64,000 nt of DNA from Octopus sinensis (lineage: Eukaryota): positions 99,944,001-100,008,000 of the forward strand of contig NC_042999.1 of NCBI RefSeq assembly GCF_006345805.1, read 5' to 3'. This document shows positions 12,886 to 27,540 of this stretch, in pieces (position 1 is the first letter of the stretch; each line of letters starts with the position of its first letter). The notes beneath the pieces were generated by a model. The model was not told where the DNA came from. It saw only the letters and a list, made by a program, of their open reading frames with translations, and searched no databases. Position numbers and translations under genes: made by a program.

Positions 12886-15446
12886 AAAACTAAACCAAAT
12901 ATTGAATGTTTTTAAACACCGTATCATGAATTAGAGTATAAAGAAAGAAAAGATTCATTCGAAATATCACATGAGTAGTTCCATAAAAGAGATACTCTAG
13001 ATTTGTTGAACCATTTTACGAAGTGAAAGCTACCAGTGATAAGAAATATTTTCATTACAATTATATTTAGGGGAAGAAACTAAAACTGTTTGACGTCTAT
13101 TTAGAAGACGTTTAAAGAATCAAATGTATTACCGTATGTCACCGATTATATATATGGATATATTGATTAGCGTAATCATATTATGCATTAGCTACGTTAA
13201 GAATATGAACTAAAGAAGAAAATAGCATATCTATAAACTTAATATTTCAACATTTTAGCGACTTTCATTTCAATATTTCATACTAAGTTTCTTCTTCCTT
13301 CTTTTAAATATCATTATTAAACTTGTATAGGTAAAGCGTTGCACAATATAGTTTGTGGTATTTAGTTAAAATATCCTTTAAGTTCTGACTTCAATTCCAG
13401 CTGAGGTGAACTTTGCCTTTCAACGTTCTGAGCTCGATGAAATAAAATACAAGTCAAGTAGTGAAGTCGATATAATTTGTAATTCTGTAACTTCAAATTT
13501 AAGGACTTTTGCCTATGTTAGTAATCTTTATTCAACTTTATTTGGTCGGAAGTTATCTCTAAATCACAAAATTATGTGTACACACTTTAGGTAAATTTAA
13601 CACTCCATCAGAACTTTTAAATCTATAAATATACTACGTGTTAGAACTTTTTCTGGAAATATGAAAATGCAATTAGTGAGTCCCATTTCAGGCAGCAATA
13701 TAGCACACACAGTCAATATAGCTACCGAGGATTCCATATGAGGGTGCAATTAGTCTTCATGTGTACAAATATATTTTATACTAGATCTGCTATACTTAAT
13801 TAAGAGTTTGCAAGTTATTTTAATCGACATACAAGTTGTTATTTCTTTTTACCACCATCATAATTGTCATCAATAGTCTGATTAATAATTATCTTAACGA
13901 TTTCTTGCCAACAACTATCATATCCACAAATATTATTATTCTACCTATCATCAATGTATTCGTCGCCGTCATCTTCTCGTCATAATCACAACCATCGTCA
14001 TAGTCATCAATTTCAGCATCATTATCAAAGTTATCATCATAAACAGCATCATCATCAATATCATCGAATTTCAATTGATTGGTTCATGGAGTATAAAATC
14101 TTTATGATCGAATCCTTTCACGAAATGTTGCAAAAATGATGTAATGAAGTAGAATGAATCAATGTTCTCAATTAGACTCTCAATGATATTTAAAGCTAGT
14201 GGAGCCAATTAGAAGTCTATGGGCTATTTAGAACATTTTTTATACAAGCCTACTGACATGTGTATAATGTCTTAGATATCGCAAGATCATTCTAGTATCT
14301 GAGTTTTATAGGAGACAAAGCATTTGTGTGTGCCCACGCGTAGCTGTGGATGAATAACCTGTGTATGCGTGTGCATAACTGCATATATGTATATATATAT
14401 GTGTGTGTGTGCGTGTGTGTATGCATACATATATACACATATATATATACACAGGTATATATATGTAATGTATATGTATATATATATGTATATGTATGTA
14501 TATGCGTATATATATATATATATATATATTTATTCGTACGTATATATGTGTGTGTATGTATGCATGCATGTATATAATTATAGGGTAGAGAGATCAAATT
14601 CATAACAGAAAAAAATATATATATACATACATACTTACATATATGTGTGTGTATATATATATGAATGTATGGAGTTAAAGATAATGTGATGATATGTGTG
14701 TATGTATAGAACTATTTGATAATTTCAATAATTTGTTAATATTTTTTTAAACTTTTATATAAGTAAACACTCTGATGAAATTAAATAACTTAACTATGCG
14801 TAGGCACAAATCTTAACAAATCTTAACAAAATCTTCAAATACACTCACCAATTGAAATAAACCACTGGTCAAAATCTAGCCCTGTACATGTGACAAATAG
14901 AGAATCATACCCCTATTAAAACAGATACAATTAGTAAGAAAACATATATTAACTCTAAATACCAACAAAAGCTAATAAGCCTAGAAAATAAAAAGAAATA
15001 ATGAATTATACCATAAAATGAAAATTCTCAAAATTTAATTGTATAAATATAAATAAAATAGTTAGATTTGGATACTGAAAAATAAATAAATATATAAATA
15101 TATATTGTATATTGTAATGTATATATATATATATTGTATAGTGTTCCCTTGGCAAGTAGGTAGGGAGTTAAACAATATCCAGACTCTAAAAACTAATATA
15201 GATTACTTTAGGGGGGTGGTAGCATTGCCCTAAAATCTCCGGGACGGCAACTAGCTACAGTCCTGCTATGGTCAAACTTTAAATTCTGGCTATATTTAGA
15301 ACAAAATTTAAATGACAAATAAGGTAGTGCACATACATACATTGGAAAAGAAGACACAAAGGGAAATTCAGCTTAAAGGCGAAAATGCTAGCACATATTC
15401 ACATACACACACACAGAAAAAGGTATGCTACTATCTTAGTCTATAA

Positions 15447-15828
15447 CTAACAGTATCGCCCGGCGTTGCTCGGGTTTGTAAGGGAAATAACTATAAAGCA
15501 TTTTTAGAGAGTTATAGCCAAAAAATAGCAAAAAAATGGAAAAAAAATGATGGTAAATTTTTTTTTAGTTAAAAAAGGTGGAGTTGCGTCCCCTAGACGA
15601 TCTGTGGTTTGGGTTTCTAATTCTCGACCCCATGTCGAATTTATCGATTTTTTTCAGAACTGGGGGAACTTTTCAAAATTTTCGCTGCGTTAGTTTTGAA
15701 TTATGACATTGGGCTATGTGTGTGTCAAGTTTCATCAGAATCGGTTGAAAGCCGTAGTCAGAGTGAGGGTACGAGAAAACAGACACACAGAAAACGCACA
15801 GACAAACTGCCGTTTATATAGAGAGAGA
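15447..15828 (-). mobile_element. Non-autonomous Helitron
   Basis: On the minus strand it starts A|TCTCTCTCTATATAAACGG. It ends with a GC hairpin CCCGAGCAACGCCGGG ~8 nt before TTAG|T (a CTAG variant). It is inserted between A and T with no TSD. Confidence 0.7.
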
Positions 15829-16521
15829 TGAATATTCGATCTATTAGAATGTAAAGAAATATGTCGATTTTATCCCCGAAGAGATCTCTACTTTTTGGAT
15901 TGGTAATGCAACAGTTAATTGCAAAATGAATGAAGGTGAATATTGAAACGATCTTAGGCCTCATGTAATTGAGAGTTATGTAAATATATTGATTTTCTTT
16001 TTTGTATTCAGACTCCCCATTTTCTTTACATTATACCAATAAATTTATGTTCGCATACATCGAATCGCATGAAAACATCTATACGGATTACTGGAACTCC
16101 ATAATATGTATAGTACTAGTGTCTATTAAACACTAATACTAACACAGAGAAACAAATTCTTGCAAATTCACATATATACACCGGAGGAAGGTAGCTAGGA
16201 TTTAAGATGTCCCTAGAAAGAGCGACCTCTTTCTTTACAAAACCTCATTAGCACTATATATATATATATATCGTAATGCTACGTTACTGGTGGCATCAAC
16301 AAAGAAGTACTCCATCAATTAATATATGTGTTGGATTTAAATGTAAACTACTATAAATTTCTTGTTAAGGGAATGCAATAAAAGAACTAGCTGTATAGCA
16401 TGTTGTATAGTAGCCCACCTGCAAGATTCCACGATAGTAAACGGCACGCCACTTAATTGTACTGTCACAGTATGAAACTGTCAGTTGTTCATATTTCAAT
16501 CCTATCATATAGATATACAGA

Positions 16522-16557
<36 letters not shown>

Positions 16558-17196
16558 GAGAGAGAGAGATAAGTGTATGTAGGTACATGTAGGTATATGT
16601 ACAGACATGACTGACTCGTTAAGAAAATAACATTGTAATTATAGAGTTCTGGGTTCAATCTTACTACGTAGCCTCTCTCGGCAAATATATTTAACTTTAA
16701 CCTCAAGGCAACCTAAACACTATCAGTGAAACGAGTGGGACTTTACCTGCAATTCAAAATTGTTATATACTTAATGATAGTACAGTCTATGGAATACCCA
16801 CCTGCTTATTCATTGAATCGATTCTTCAAGTAATCGATCACATGGAATGCATATCATATTCAGTTTAATATTATAACTATAATTTACAAAACAATTGAAA
16901 TTTTCCAGCCCCTGTCAAATCCAAATATTTGATCATTTGCAGCAGTCGTGGCAGGTCGAACTTTTTTCAAAGTAACATCGATTAAGTTCTGGGATATTTT
17001 TTTTAACGTTCTCTGTGCCTTCAGAATACAGAAGACCTGACGAAAGAATAATTCGCTGTATATATAATCACGCACATATACACACGCTCCCCCTCTCTCT
17101 CTATCTTTATATCTCTCTCCTTTCTCTCTCGCGTCTCTTATTCACACACTGTTCCCAAAAAGGTGTGTGTATAATATATATATATGTCTGTGTGGG

Positions 17197-17228
<32 letters not shown>

Positions 17229-17256
17229 TAGTGTGTGTGTGTATGTGTGTGTGTGT

Positions 17257-17288
<32 letters not shown>

Positions 17289-17316
17289 AGGTTGTGTAGG
17301 TTGTCCACAATTCCAT

Positions 17317-17380
<64 letters not shown>

Positions 17381-17544
17381 GTAAATAGATAGATAGATAT
17401 GTACCTAAGGATGGATGATGGATGCAGATGTGTGTATACATACATACATACATACATACATACATACATACATACATACATACATACATACATACATACA
17501 TACATACATACATTCATACATACATACATACTTACATACATACA

Positions 17545-17950
17545 TAACATCTGTCAAATGTAAGCATAACAGAGCGGATATTGTTGTTTGGGACCGACTA
17601 GAAAAAATGTATCGTCACAGAGGTCAGCAGTCCTGCTCAAAGATAAAAGCAGATAACTATGGACAACTGCAACAGAATCCTCAGCTTTTATATCTGGATT
17701 ACAAATTTACATTTATGCTAATAATAATTGGAGCACTTGATTTGAAAGTCAGTATCTATCTGTCAATCTGGATAATCTTGGATTTTTAATAAAAGAAATC
17801 AACCAACCGATTCGAACATTACATACAGAATCTGTAAGCGGAACAGTAAAACTATGCGAGATATTTCTCAGTCTTAAAATGTGACATCGTTTTCGTTATC
17901 TTCATTCCAAAGATGGAACTTTGTATCTTTATTAGAAACCAGAAGAGGCA
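17545..17950 (+). mobile_element. R4/Dong-like LINE RLE domain fragment
   Basis: Reads ITSVKCKHNRADIVVWDRLEK...KADNYGQLQQNPQLLYLDYKFTFMLIIIGAL. It begins directly after (CATA)n. Confidence 0.75.
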
Positions 17951-18061
17951 TACGTACATTCATGCATATATATAAACATACATAAATTAACAGACACATA
18001 CACACACACACACACGCACGCGGACACGCACGCACACACACATACACACACACGCACGCAG

Positions 18062-18118
<57 letters not shown>

Positions 18119-18371
18119 ATAATAATTATTATTATTATTTGAGAGAATAAAATCCCAACTTACAAGGAAAAAGAATTCAATTTAGAAATACTAAATCAAA
18201 TTCCTCACAATATAATATATATACCTATTATATATATTTTTATTATTTTTGTAATTTACTTAATCTTTACTTTTTATTGTTATTTTAATTTTAGCTATTC
18301 TATTATATGTAATTATCTAGATGGTGTAATTTAATTATTCATTTTGAATTGATAAAAGGTGGTTTTTTAAA

Positions 18372-18463
<92 letters not shown>

Positions 18464-19856
18464 GTATGTATAGATATTGATCACATGATTCATTATGAAT
18501 CTCGGCATATCAGCAAGTAAGACGCCATCACTGGCTGGATGATCAGTACTGGGCTCACAGTAATGTAAAGCAGCCCTAGTTGTCATTTGTTAGTTGTATA
18601 CGGCAGGTATGTGTGCATACCTGCACACACAACATACAGACACAAAGAGACGCATATACACACATGCACACACACCCTTGCAAAAATACACACACATACA
18701 CACGGACACCCATACACATATATGTATACATATAAACATAAGTGTCAAATCCAATATAAACCGTAGATCCCACCCAGAGTTGGTTCTATGTATAACGTAT
18801 GTATAAAAAAATCAAACAGGCGTAGTTCAGAATTCACAACAACTGTTTCAGTAGCATTTTATTAATGCATTCTTAGATTACATGATACCAAAGACCCACT
18901 GTTATCAGGTAAATATTAAATCGATATACAAACACGGTAACTCGATAGTCTGACACCAACTTTAAAGATGAACACTTGTTCATTATGGTAGTTGGTTTAT
19001 CTTTGGGTTTGATGGGCCGTTGCTGGAGTTTCTCTTATGCCAGGAAGGTTGCACCATAAATATTATCATTTACTTTGTATACTATGTATACTTTAATCGC
19101 CTTTCACCATCTTTTCCATTTCTGTTTACTCATCATTTTATGAAAATCCTCATACAAACTACTGTATGTCCTTGTGATATTCCACTTATTATACCTCTGT
19201 GGCAAATAAAAGAAATTAATAATATTCTTTTGTTATGGATTTCTTTACCTTGTGTCTCGTTTGTATTATTCTATTCCCTACTAAATTTTTGAAAAATGTT
19301 GCATCTGTTTTATAAAATGCATTTTCACAATTTTCCATAAGAATATTACCGTGTATTCAAATATATTGTGTTATTCGCACACTAAATTTGATTTTGGAGG
19401 TGGGACTTTTACCGTGAACATATTTCTCCATAGAGTATACATTTTGGAATTTTCTCGAACATCATACTAACAATACTGCCAGTGCTTTTCATTCTGTACC
19501 GGCGTAGAATATCTTTTGTACTTACAACATTCACTCCAAATTTTCAAGCTCACTTCTATAATCTCCCCAAGGGATACGTAGAATTGATCGAAGATGATGT
19601 TACAGAAAAAACCACCAGATATTTAACATGTACTGAATGTAATTGCTATATTTTACAGCTATACAACAAGTGGAACAAAATAAGTATTAATTCATTAAGA
19701 CCATAAACAAGATTGCAGTTTTCCAAACAGTATATTGTATTATCAGAATACTATCTCCTGCAAAACGATGAATTGCCTCTCTTCTCATACATATATGGTT
19801 ATAAATTTAGATTATATACCATGTAGATTATATATATATTATATATATATATATAT

Positions 19857-19975
19857 CACGTGATCACGTGACCGACCAGACCATCAGATGTTGTTACACA
19901 TCGCTGGTCACAATGCGTTCGCATTGTTTTAGCCTTCGAATGACGCCACCCCGCTGGCTAAGCGAGCAGGCCAGT
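19857..19975 (-). mobile_element. SINE family D 3' fragment
   Basis: Matches 39225-39335 (GTGACCGACCAG...GCTAAGCGAGCAGGCCA) and is embedded in (TA)n. Confidence 0.75.
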
Positions 19976-20719
19976 ATATATATATATATATATATATATA
20001 CGCTTAACTATGAGTTAACTGAATCTTACAGCACAAACTGCTGAAAGTTAATGAAGTTCATAATATAGCTATCGTTTTTTCCTGTCATCTCTATTTCATG
20101 GCAACTCTCCATCCAAGGCCACCACCTACCCTGTCATGCGGTCAATGCTCAAGACTGTTCCATTCCCTACTTGGCCTTCAGAGCCCTGTCATGTTTAAGC
20201 ATCATAGAGGCACCAGATGAATCAAACTTGGACACCAGTGGTGTCGACAACGATGTATATATACATACATACATAATACATGCATACATACATACATACA
20301 TACATACATACATACATACATACATACATACATACATACATACAAACATAGAAGAAAAAGGTATGTTCTGTTGTGGAAATTTGGTGCTCTCTGGATACCA
20401 ATTTGATTCGAAAGATACGAGAAGAAGAGGGCATCTATGGACCATTTATTAGATGCATGCAAATCCAGTACCAAAGATACATTTCAGTTTCAAACCAGCC
20501 CGTCTGGAGCACGCGAATCCTTATTTCACACACTTCAAACTATCATGATATCTGGGAGTATTAAAACCTGCAAGCCCTTAATATTTAAAGAATGATAAGC
20601 AAAACCAGATGCTTTCTGTTACAACTTTGCTACCAAGTCGGTAGCTGGTCAAAGTTTACTCCAATTTTAAAAGAGAAGGGCATATATTCATGCATATGTA
20701 CATACATACATACATGAGA

Positions 20720-21487
20720 AAAGTTAGTCCCCAAACCCCAAACCTGTGCATCAACGGTCACACAAAGAATGTTACATGTACATAGACATAGACGAAAATA
20801 CGAAGATACTGTGAATGAAGATAGAGTGACCCGAGGATATTACACTAGACTTAGGAAACTTTGGCAGTCGGGAATCTCTTCTTAGACAAAACAATATCCC
20901 ACAATGCATTTTCAGTACCAGTGCTGATCCATCATTTGGGATACTTGATTGGTCTGTAGAGGAAATCCACTCCATAGATATCAAAACCCGCAAAATCCTG
21001 ACAACAACAAAGAACTTCCACAGAAATAGTGATGTTGGCAGGCTCTACCTAAGAAGAAACTAAGGTGGTAGAGGCCTCAGATCGGGTGCAGATGGTCTTC
21101 GAATGCTGTATGGTATGACTCAGGCAGCACCTGCTAAACAACAGCAGCAAAAATATGAATGCAGTGCTGAAAAGTGAAGTGGGCAAAATTGTACGACTTG
21201 GTAGTGAGCCTCTCAAGAAGCACTCTCTTCCTGAAGAGCTCCTATACAGCCCCAACACAACTGGGTTATCTTGCCTCAGAGAAGACCTAGATGGAAAGCA
21301 CTCAGCATAAAAAAACAAAAAAGACTATGCATGGGTATGTTGCCTGGAAGCTAGAAGAAGACAGCAGAATTGACACGAAGCGCAGCCTCTCTTGGACGCA
21401 AGAACACTATATCACATTACACTTTGAAGGCTATGCGTTTGCAATCCAGGAAGATGAGATTTTCACAAAGTGCCTGGTAGAACGGTA
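20720..21487 (+). mobile_element. R4/Dong-like LINE reverse-transcriptase C-terminal fragment (pseudogenised)
   Basis: Reads HNAFSVPVL...FGILDWSVEEIHSIDIKTRKILTTTKNFHRNSDVGRLYLRRN*GGRGLRS (RLYxxRxxGGRGL motif), then MHGY...ITLHFEGYAFAIQEDEIFTK. The region 20060-20700 may belong to the same element. Confidence 0.8.
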
Positions 21488-21489
21488 CT

Positions 21490-21559
<70 letters not shown>

Positions 21560-21584
21560 CGTGTGTGTGTGTGTGTTTGTGTGT

Positions 21585-21822
21585 GGAGGCGCGTGGCTTA
21601 GTGGTTAGGGTGTCAGCACCATGATCATAAGATTGTGGTTTCGATTCCTGGACTGATCGACGTGTTGTGTTCTTGAGCAAAACACTTCATTTCACGTTGC
21701 TCCAGTCCACACAGCTGGCAAAAATGAGTAACGCTGCGATGGACTGTCGTCCCGTTCAGCTGGGGAACACATCCGCCATAGAAAGCGGGAAACCGGGCCC
21801 ATGAGCCTGGTTAGGCTTTATT
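21585..21822 (+). mobile_element. tRNA-derived SINE family A
   Basis: A box TGGCTTAGTGG and B box GGTTTCGATTCC. Near-identical to 29890-30151. Confidence 0.85.
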
Positions 21823-21849
21823 TATTTGTTATATATATAGAAATATATA

Positions 21850-22652
21850 CACTATAAATTAACATAGTCATTAATGCCCGCAAAACCCTTATTTCTTTTA
21901 AGGACAAACTCTGGTACAGGGTCAATCACCATAACAATACCAATGACCATAGTAATGTTTTTGACATTACCATGGAATCATCTGACTCCGCCCAGATAAC
22001 CGACCTAGTTGGACCAGACATACTCCACCAGCACCAAATACATTTCCCTAACCTCAAGGGAGGCCTCTACAGAGATGACGCCTAGCTAGTTACCAAGAGG
22101 TTAAATAAATCCTCTTTAGAACGAGCTAGATCCGTATATCTGACCTCCCTTCAACTGAGGAGATATTCACTAACCACGTACCATATTACAACCAAGCCCT
22201 CGCTGCCAGTAACTTCTCCCAACAAATAAAATATATCCCTAATACCGGTCTCAAACAACATATAGCTCAAATCCCATCGCAACGACACACCAACCATCAT
22301 AATCAAAACAGACCACATATACACTTTGATAGAACTCCGGAAGATCTCCCATTAAGATAACCGAGACCCTTACACGCACACATATAACACCAGGTCAAAA
22401 GCTAAAAACAGCTAAGAATAATGCTACCCCACTCCATTTTCCAAAAATATAGATAGCACTACCCCCGAAGCACCCCAAAAAATTTGATGGACGCTCTATT
22501 CTATGGTATACACTCCCCTTATCATTTAATGTTCAGAACTTAGCTAAATCTTTCTTTAATATACTGGACTCCATCTTCCCTCGTCAACATAAATATTACT
22601 CTATCTTTAATAGACCCACCCTGCAACTACCCTATTCTACCCTTACCCTAAC
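21850..22652 (+). mobile_element. Penelope-like retroelement fragment (RT-endonuclease linker)
   Basis: 22503-22650 reads WYTLPLSFNVQNLAKSFFNILDSIFPRQHKYYSIFNRPTLQLPYST. This matches the PLE WFNPP...FPxxHxxxxIFNRxTxxxSYS segment and is homologous to the ORF at 34710. The 5' boundary is approximate. Confidence 0.65.
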
Positions 22653-23223
22653 ATCATGGTGTTTTGAGTGAACATTAGTGATGGCGACCTTATGCCTCCA
22701 CACTGTCTTTACACACAGGCTCAGATTCAACACGGGGGCCTATATCAATTGTCTGGTGAAAGTAGTGCAGCCCATTGCCATGATGATGGCTGCTGGGAAA
22801 CCCTAAGTCTGACAACAGGACTCTGCACTGTGACACACAAGCAGGAGAACCCAGTCATGGCTGTCAGACAATTTCGGCGACCACACCAACCCTAACATTT
22901 GGCCATCTAACTCCCCAGACCGCAACCCCCTTGATTATTATGTGTGAGGCGCAGTTCAACGAGGGACCAACAAAACTCCTGGTAACACCAAAGATGAACG
23001 GAAGGATTATGGCAGCATTCACCAACTTAAACAAGAAAACCGTCCAGAAATGTTGCAGGAGATTACGAAATCTGGAGGCCGTGTTTGAGGCCAATGGCGA
23101 TTTTATTGAATACATTTACTCTTTAGTATCTTCGTGTAATCTAGGTAAATATATCTATTAAAATATGATGTCAGTCTTATTTTTACATCATAATGTAGAC
23201 GACAGATTATTCTCTGCACCCTG
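22653..23223 (+). mobile_element. maT-family (DD37D) Tc1/mariner transposon, 3' half with terminal repeat
   Basis: Reads QQD-SAL*HTSRRTQSWLSDNFGDHTNPNIWPSNSPDRNPL-DY with 37 residues between the last two Asp. The C-terminus is LEAVFEANGDFIE and the element ends ...GCACCCTG|TA. Confidence 0.85.
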
Positions 23224-23251
23224 TATATATCTATACACATATACACACACA

Positions 23252-23297
<46 letters not shown>

Positions 23298-23334
23298 TAT
23301 ATATATATATACATATATTTATATATATAATATA

Positions 23335-23370
<36 letters not shown>

Positions 23371-23388
23371 TGTATGTATGCATGTATA

Positions 23389-23422
<34 letters not shown>

Positions 23423-23441
23423 ATATATATATATATACATG

Positions 23442-23509
<68 letters not shown>

Positions 23510-23524
23510 GTATATATATATATA

Positions 23525-23604
<80 letters not shown>

Positions 23605-23922
23605 TGTGTGTGTATATGTGTATAGATATATACAGGGTGCAGAGAATAATCTGTCGTCTACATTATGATGTAAAAATAAGACTGACATCATATTTTAATA
23701 GATATATTTACCAAGATTACACGAAGATACTAAAGAGTAAATGTATTCAATAAAATCACCATTGGCCTCAAACACGGCCTCCAGATTTCGTAATCTCCTG
23801 CAACATTTCTGGACGGTTTTCTTGTTTAAGTTGGTGAATGCTGCCATAATCCTTCCGTTCATCTTTGGTGTTACCAGGAGTTTTGTTGGTCCCTCGTTGA
23901 ACTGCGCCTCACACATAATAAT
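22934..23922. repeat. ~990-bp palindrome (inverted duplication) centred in a (TA)n tract
   Basis: 23634-23922 is the reverse complement of 22934-23223 with two substitutions seen. The central microsatellite is also mirror-symmetric, and the ORF track shows mirrored ORFs. Confidence 0.95.
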
Positions 23923-23932
23923 ATATATATAT

Positions 23933-23980
<48 letters not shown>

Positions 23981-24009
23981 ATATATATATGTATATATAT
24001 ATATGTATG

Positions 24010-24079
<70 letters not shown>

Positions 24080-24084
24080 CGTAA

Positions 24085-24240
24085 TTCCATACGGCGGGGT
24101 TCTTTCAGTTCCTGTCTATCAAATCGGCTCACAAAACTTTGGTCAGCCCGAGACTATAGTAGTAGACAATTTCCCAATGTGACATGCAGTGCGAGTGAAA
24201 CTCGAACCATATAGTTAACAAACCTCTTTCTTGTTAGCCA
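24085..24240 (-). mobile_element. SINE family B 5' half (diverged)
   Basis: Reverse complement of 43290-43445. Confidence 0.7.
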
Positions 24241-25044
24241 CACATACATACATACATACATACATACATACATACATACATACATACATACATACATACA
24301 TACATACATGATGTAGGTTTATACTGTCATAGAGACAAAAATACATAACGAATGTATATAATGCATATATATTAGTTTGAACACTATATTAAATACATAC
24401 AAAAAGATGGATTCGTCTGAACTGACTCCAGCATATTTTTAGTATTGTGTTTTTCGAGTAGTGAACAGAAGATAAAGACCATTCCTCTGACATTCGTAAA
24501 ATACAAATAATCTCAAATCTGCATGCTGAAAAAGTTAAGCCAGTAAATCTAATGTTTCTATCAACTACTTCGCATATTTATATGCATAAGTGTAATATGA
24601 GTGAATGTACTGTGTGAGAAGATCGTATGTTAATGTGCAGGTGCGTTCGTGTTTTAGTATGCGTAAATGTGTGCTTATGCGTGCCTTTGAACGAATAGTT
24701 ATGCTTGTTCAGATCATAGAGCTGAAAATAAACTGTAATTACTTATAATGTATCTTGTATCAGATAAAACTAAACATAAGCTTCCTAGTTAACAAACAAC
24801 TCAGACAGTTGTTACAAACTTCCATGTGGCGTCTTGTATCTATAGTATTTGTCATCTAAACAGGAAAATATTTTTTTTTAAATATACATATTACCAACAA
24901 CAACTGCAACAATACTACTAATGCTAATAATAATAATAATAATAATAACAATAATAGAGCATCACAACAAATAACAGCACATACCCAAGGCACACACAGC
25001 TGCGCTCGGTAGTGAAGTGAAAGCACGCTATAAAAATAAAACTA

Positions 25045-25093
<49 letters not shown>

Positions 25094-25329
25094 TAATAAT
25101 AATAATAATAAATTTATAAAATAAATATAACGATATGTATTTACGTATGTTTGTTGTATCATCATGTTATATTGTGCTAATGATGTCTTTCTGCTGTTAC
25201 AAAAGAATTATATACTATTTATATAGGTGAGATACTCATTATACTCTACTGGCTTTAATGTTGACGTCAGTGCTTTTGTTATTATCATCGATTTGACTCA
25301 GGTTCGTTCTTATTCCTGGTAGAACTTAT

Positions 25330-25870
25330 GCGGGAAGCGGGTTACTACCTGTAACCTTAGATTGCCACAATCTTTCAATAGTTTTTCAAGTACTTAAGAT
25401 AATCTTTCCCGTTCCTACGAGACAAACTTTCTGTAGAAGTTCCACAGGGCATTCTATTCCAATCTCCTTCAACTATTTGTCTATGTCTTCTTAGTATTTC
25501 AAATTTAAAAGGATTGTATTTTTTGTTTTTCGTCTTCTTCCATTACGATCCTGGAATCAAACGGACATGGTGGATCATTTAGTATGCAACTTCGCTTTTT
25601 CTTGTCTATTATTATGTCTGGTCTATTATTTTCTAGCTTCTTGTCTGTTTGAATAGGAAAGTCACACAGAATCTATCAATTCTCTGACTCAGCACTCTTT
25701 CGACTCGATGTTCATACATTGTGTCTCCAAATTCATATCCCCATTTCGGGCAAAGCTTCCGGGGTAAAATTTTTACTACTTGGTCCTGCATCTTATACAC
25801 ATCCTGCAACTATATGTGCCACTGTCTCGTCCCAATTTCCACAGATTCAACATTTTTCTGACATTCTTCC
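25330..25870 (-). mobile_element. R4/Dong-like LINE RLE domain and 3' end (second lineage)
   Basis: The minus strand reads DFPIQTDKKLENNRPDIIIDKKKRSCIL...CPFDSRI...LKEIGIECPVELLQKVCLVGTGKII. It lies between (TAA)n/(TTA)n tracts. Confidence 0.75.
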
Positions 25871-25892
25871 CATATCAAGATAAACAGCGCAC

Positions 25893-25959
<67 letters not shown>

Positions 25960-26580
25960 GAGTGAAATAGTAGCATGCCATCAAAGTGTCACTAGGATAA
26001 AAATATACGTCCAGTATACTCATCATGACTACCCGTCTGATAAGTGTACATCAGACACAGGCATCAAATGGTGATCTCATATCAAAATAAACAGCGCATG
26101 ATCTTGCAGGTAGGGCCCAGTTAGAATTTTCTTCAGGTCGAGTATCCCATCCCGCCCAAAAGATCCCTGAATAAGGATTGCTTATAGGATGTTGAACGAA
26201 ACACCCACGTTTCCAAAGGTGAATTATTCAAACCCCAAAGAATTTCTCTCAACACATGGCTATGATTCACCTCCACTACTTCTGCTCGTGATCAGAGATG
26301 CACATATCGTCAGCCACAAAGGGACATGCTCAACTGGTTATGGTCGAATAATAGACAAGCAAATCTATGGTATTGAGCAGAATATTTACTGTAGCCTATT
26401 ATTATTTTAACTGTTGTTGTTGCTGTTGTTGTGGTTGTTGTTCTTATGACAGCATTTTACGATCAAGTTTCAAATCCTGCGGTGTCAACTTTGCCTTTCA
26501 TTCTTTCGGGGGTGATAAAATAACATACATGGCATGTGCTGGGGTCCAGGTTATTCACTCAAAACAGTTGAACTAATACC

Positions 26581-26640
<60 letters not shown>

Positions 26641-27008
26641 ACATATTTGCCTGCTTTACGTCATTTTCCAACGACAAACAAAAAATATCCTGCATCAGTT
26701 CCTAAAACAAAGTATAATGTGACACAGTAACACCCAAGTGAAATTAATATGTGTCTGTAGATGTATATGTAAATACATAAGTGTGTGTGAGTGTCTGTAT
26801 GTGTGTGTGTAATTTAAATAAGTAACAATAGTATGTTAACTTAAGCATTATCTATTTTACTCTAGTGTAGTTTTTTGCACGAATCCGCTACAGGTGCACG
26901 ACATCATAGCAAGGTTGTATGTAATTAACATACATCAAACAGTAACTGATTGTACAGCGATTTCTATCTAATAGAAAAAATGCAAACAGCTTTTTTCAGT
27001 AGTGTTCA

Positions 27009-27146
<138 letters not shown>

Positions 27147-27201
27147 GATATAGATATATATGTATATATACATATACATATACATATACATATATATATA
27201 T

Positions 27202-27257
<56 letters not shown>

Positions 27258-27271
27258 TATATGTATGTATG

Positions 27272-27302
<31 letters not shown>

Positions 27303-27501
27303 GTATTTTACACTTTCTAGCACTTCTATTCATTCTCACATTGTTTTATATTGTGCTCTTTATTATATATTTATGAACAGATTACATGAATACATAAATC
27401 TTTCTGCATATTTACGTATCAATATTCATTCCCGTACGTGTGTGTCTGTGGCAGTGTGCAAGTATATGTTCATATCTGCATAAATATCTGTAAATATATA
27501 T

Positions 27502-27540
<39 letters not shown>

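Noticed and set aside
13860-14070. Asp-rich / His-rich ORFs
   Set aside because: Degenerate (CAT)n trinucleotide repeat.
14770-14805. CTGATGA followed by a short hairpin and ATGCGTA
   Set aside because: The GAAA segment is missing, so it cannot be supported as a hammerhead.
21585-21660. tRNA genes at the SINE heads (also 29890, 39440-39510, 43280)
   Set aside because: They have A/B boxes but continue into shared SINE bodies and tails, with no convincing complete cloverleaf.
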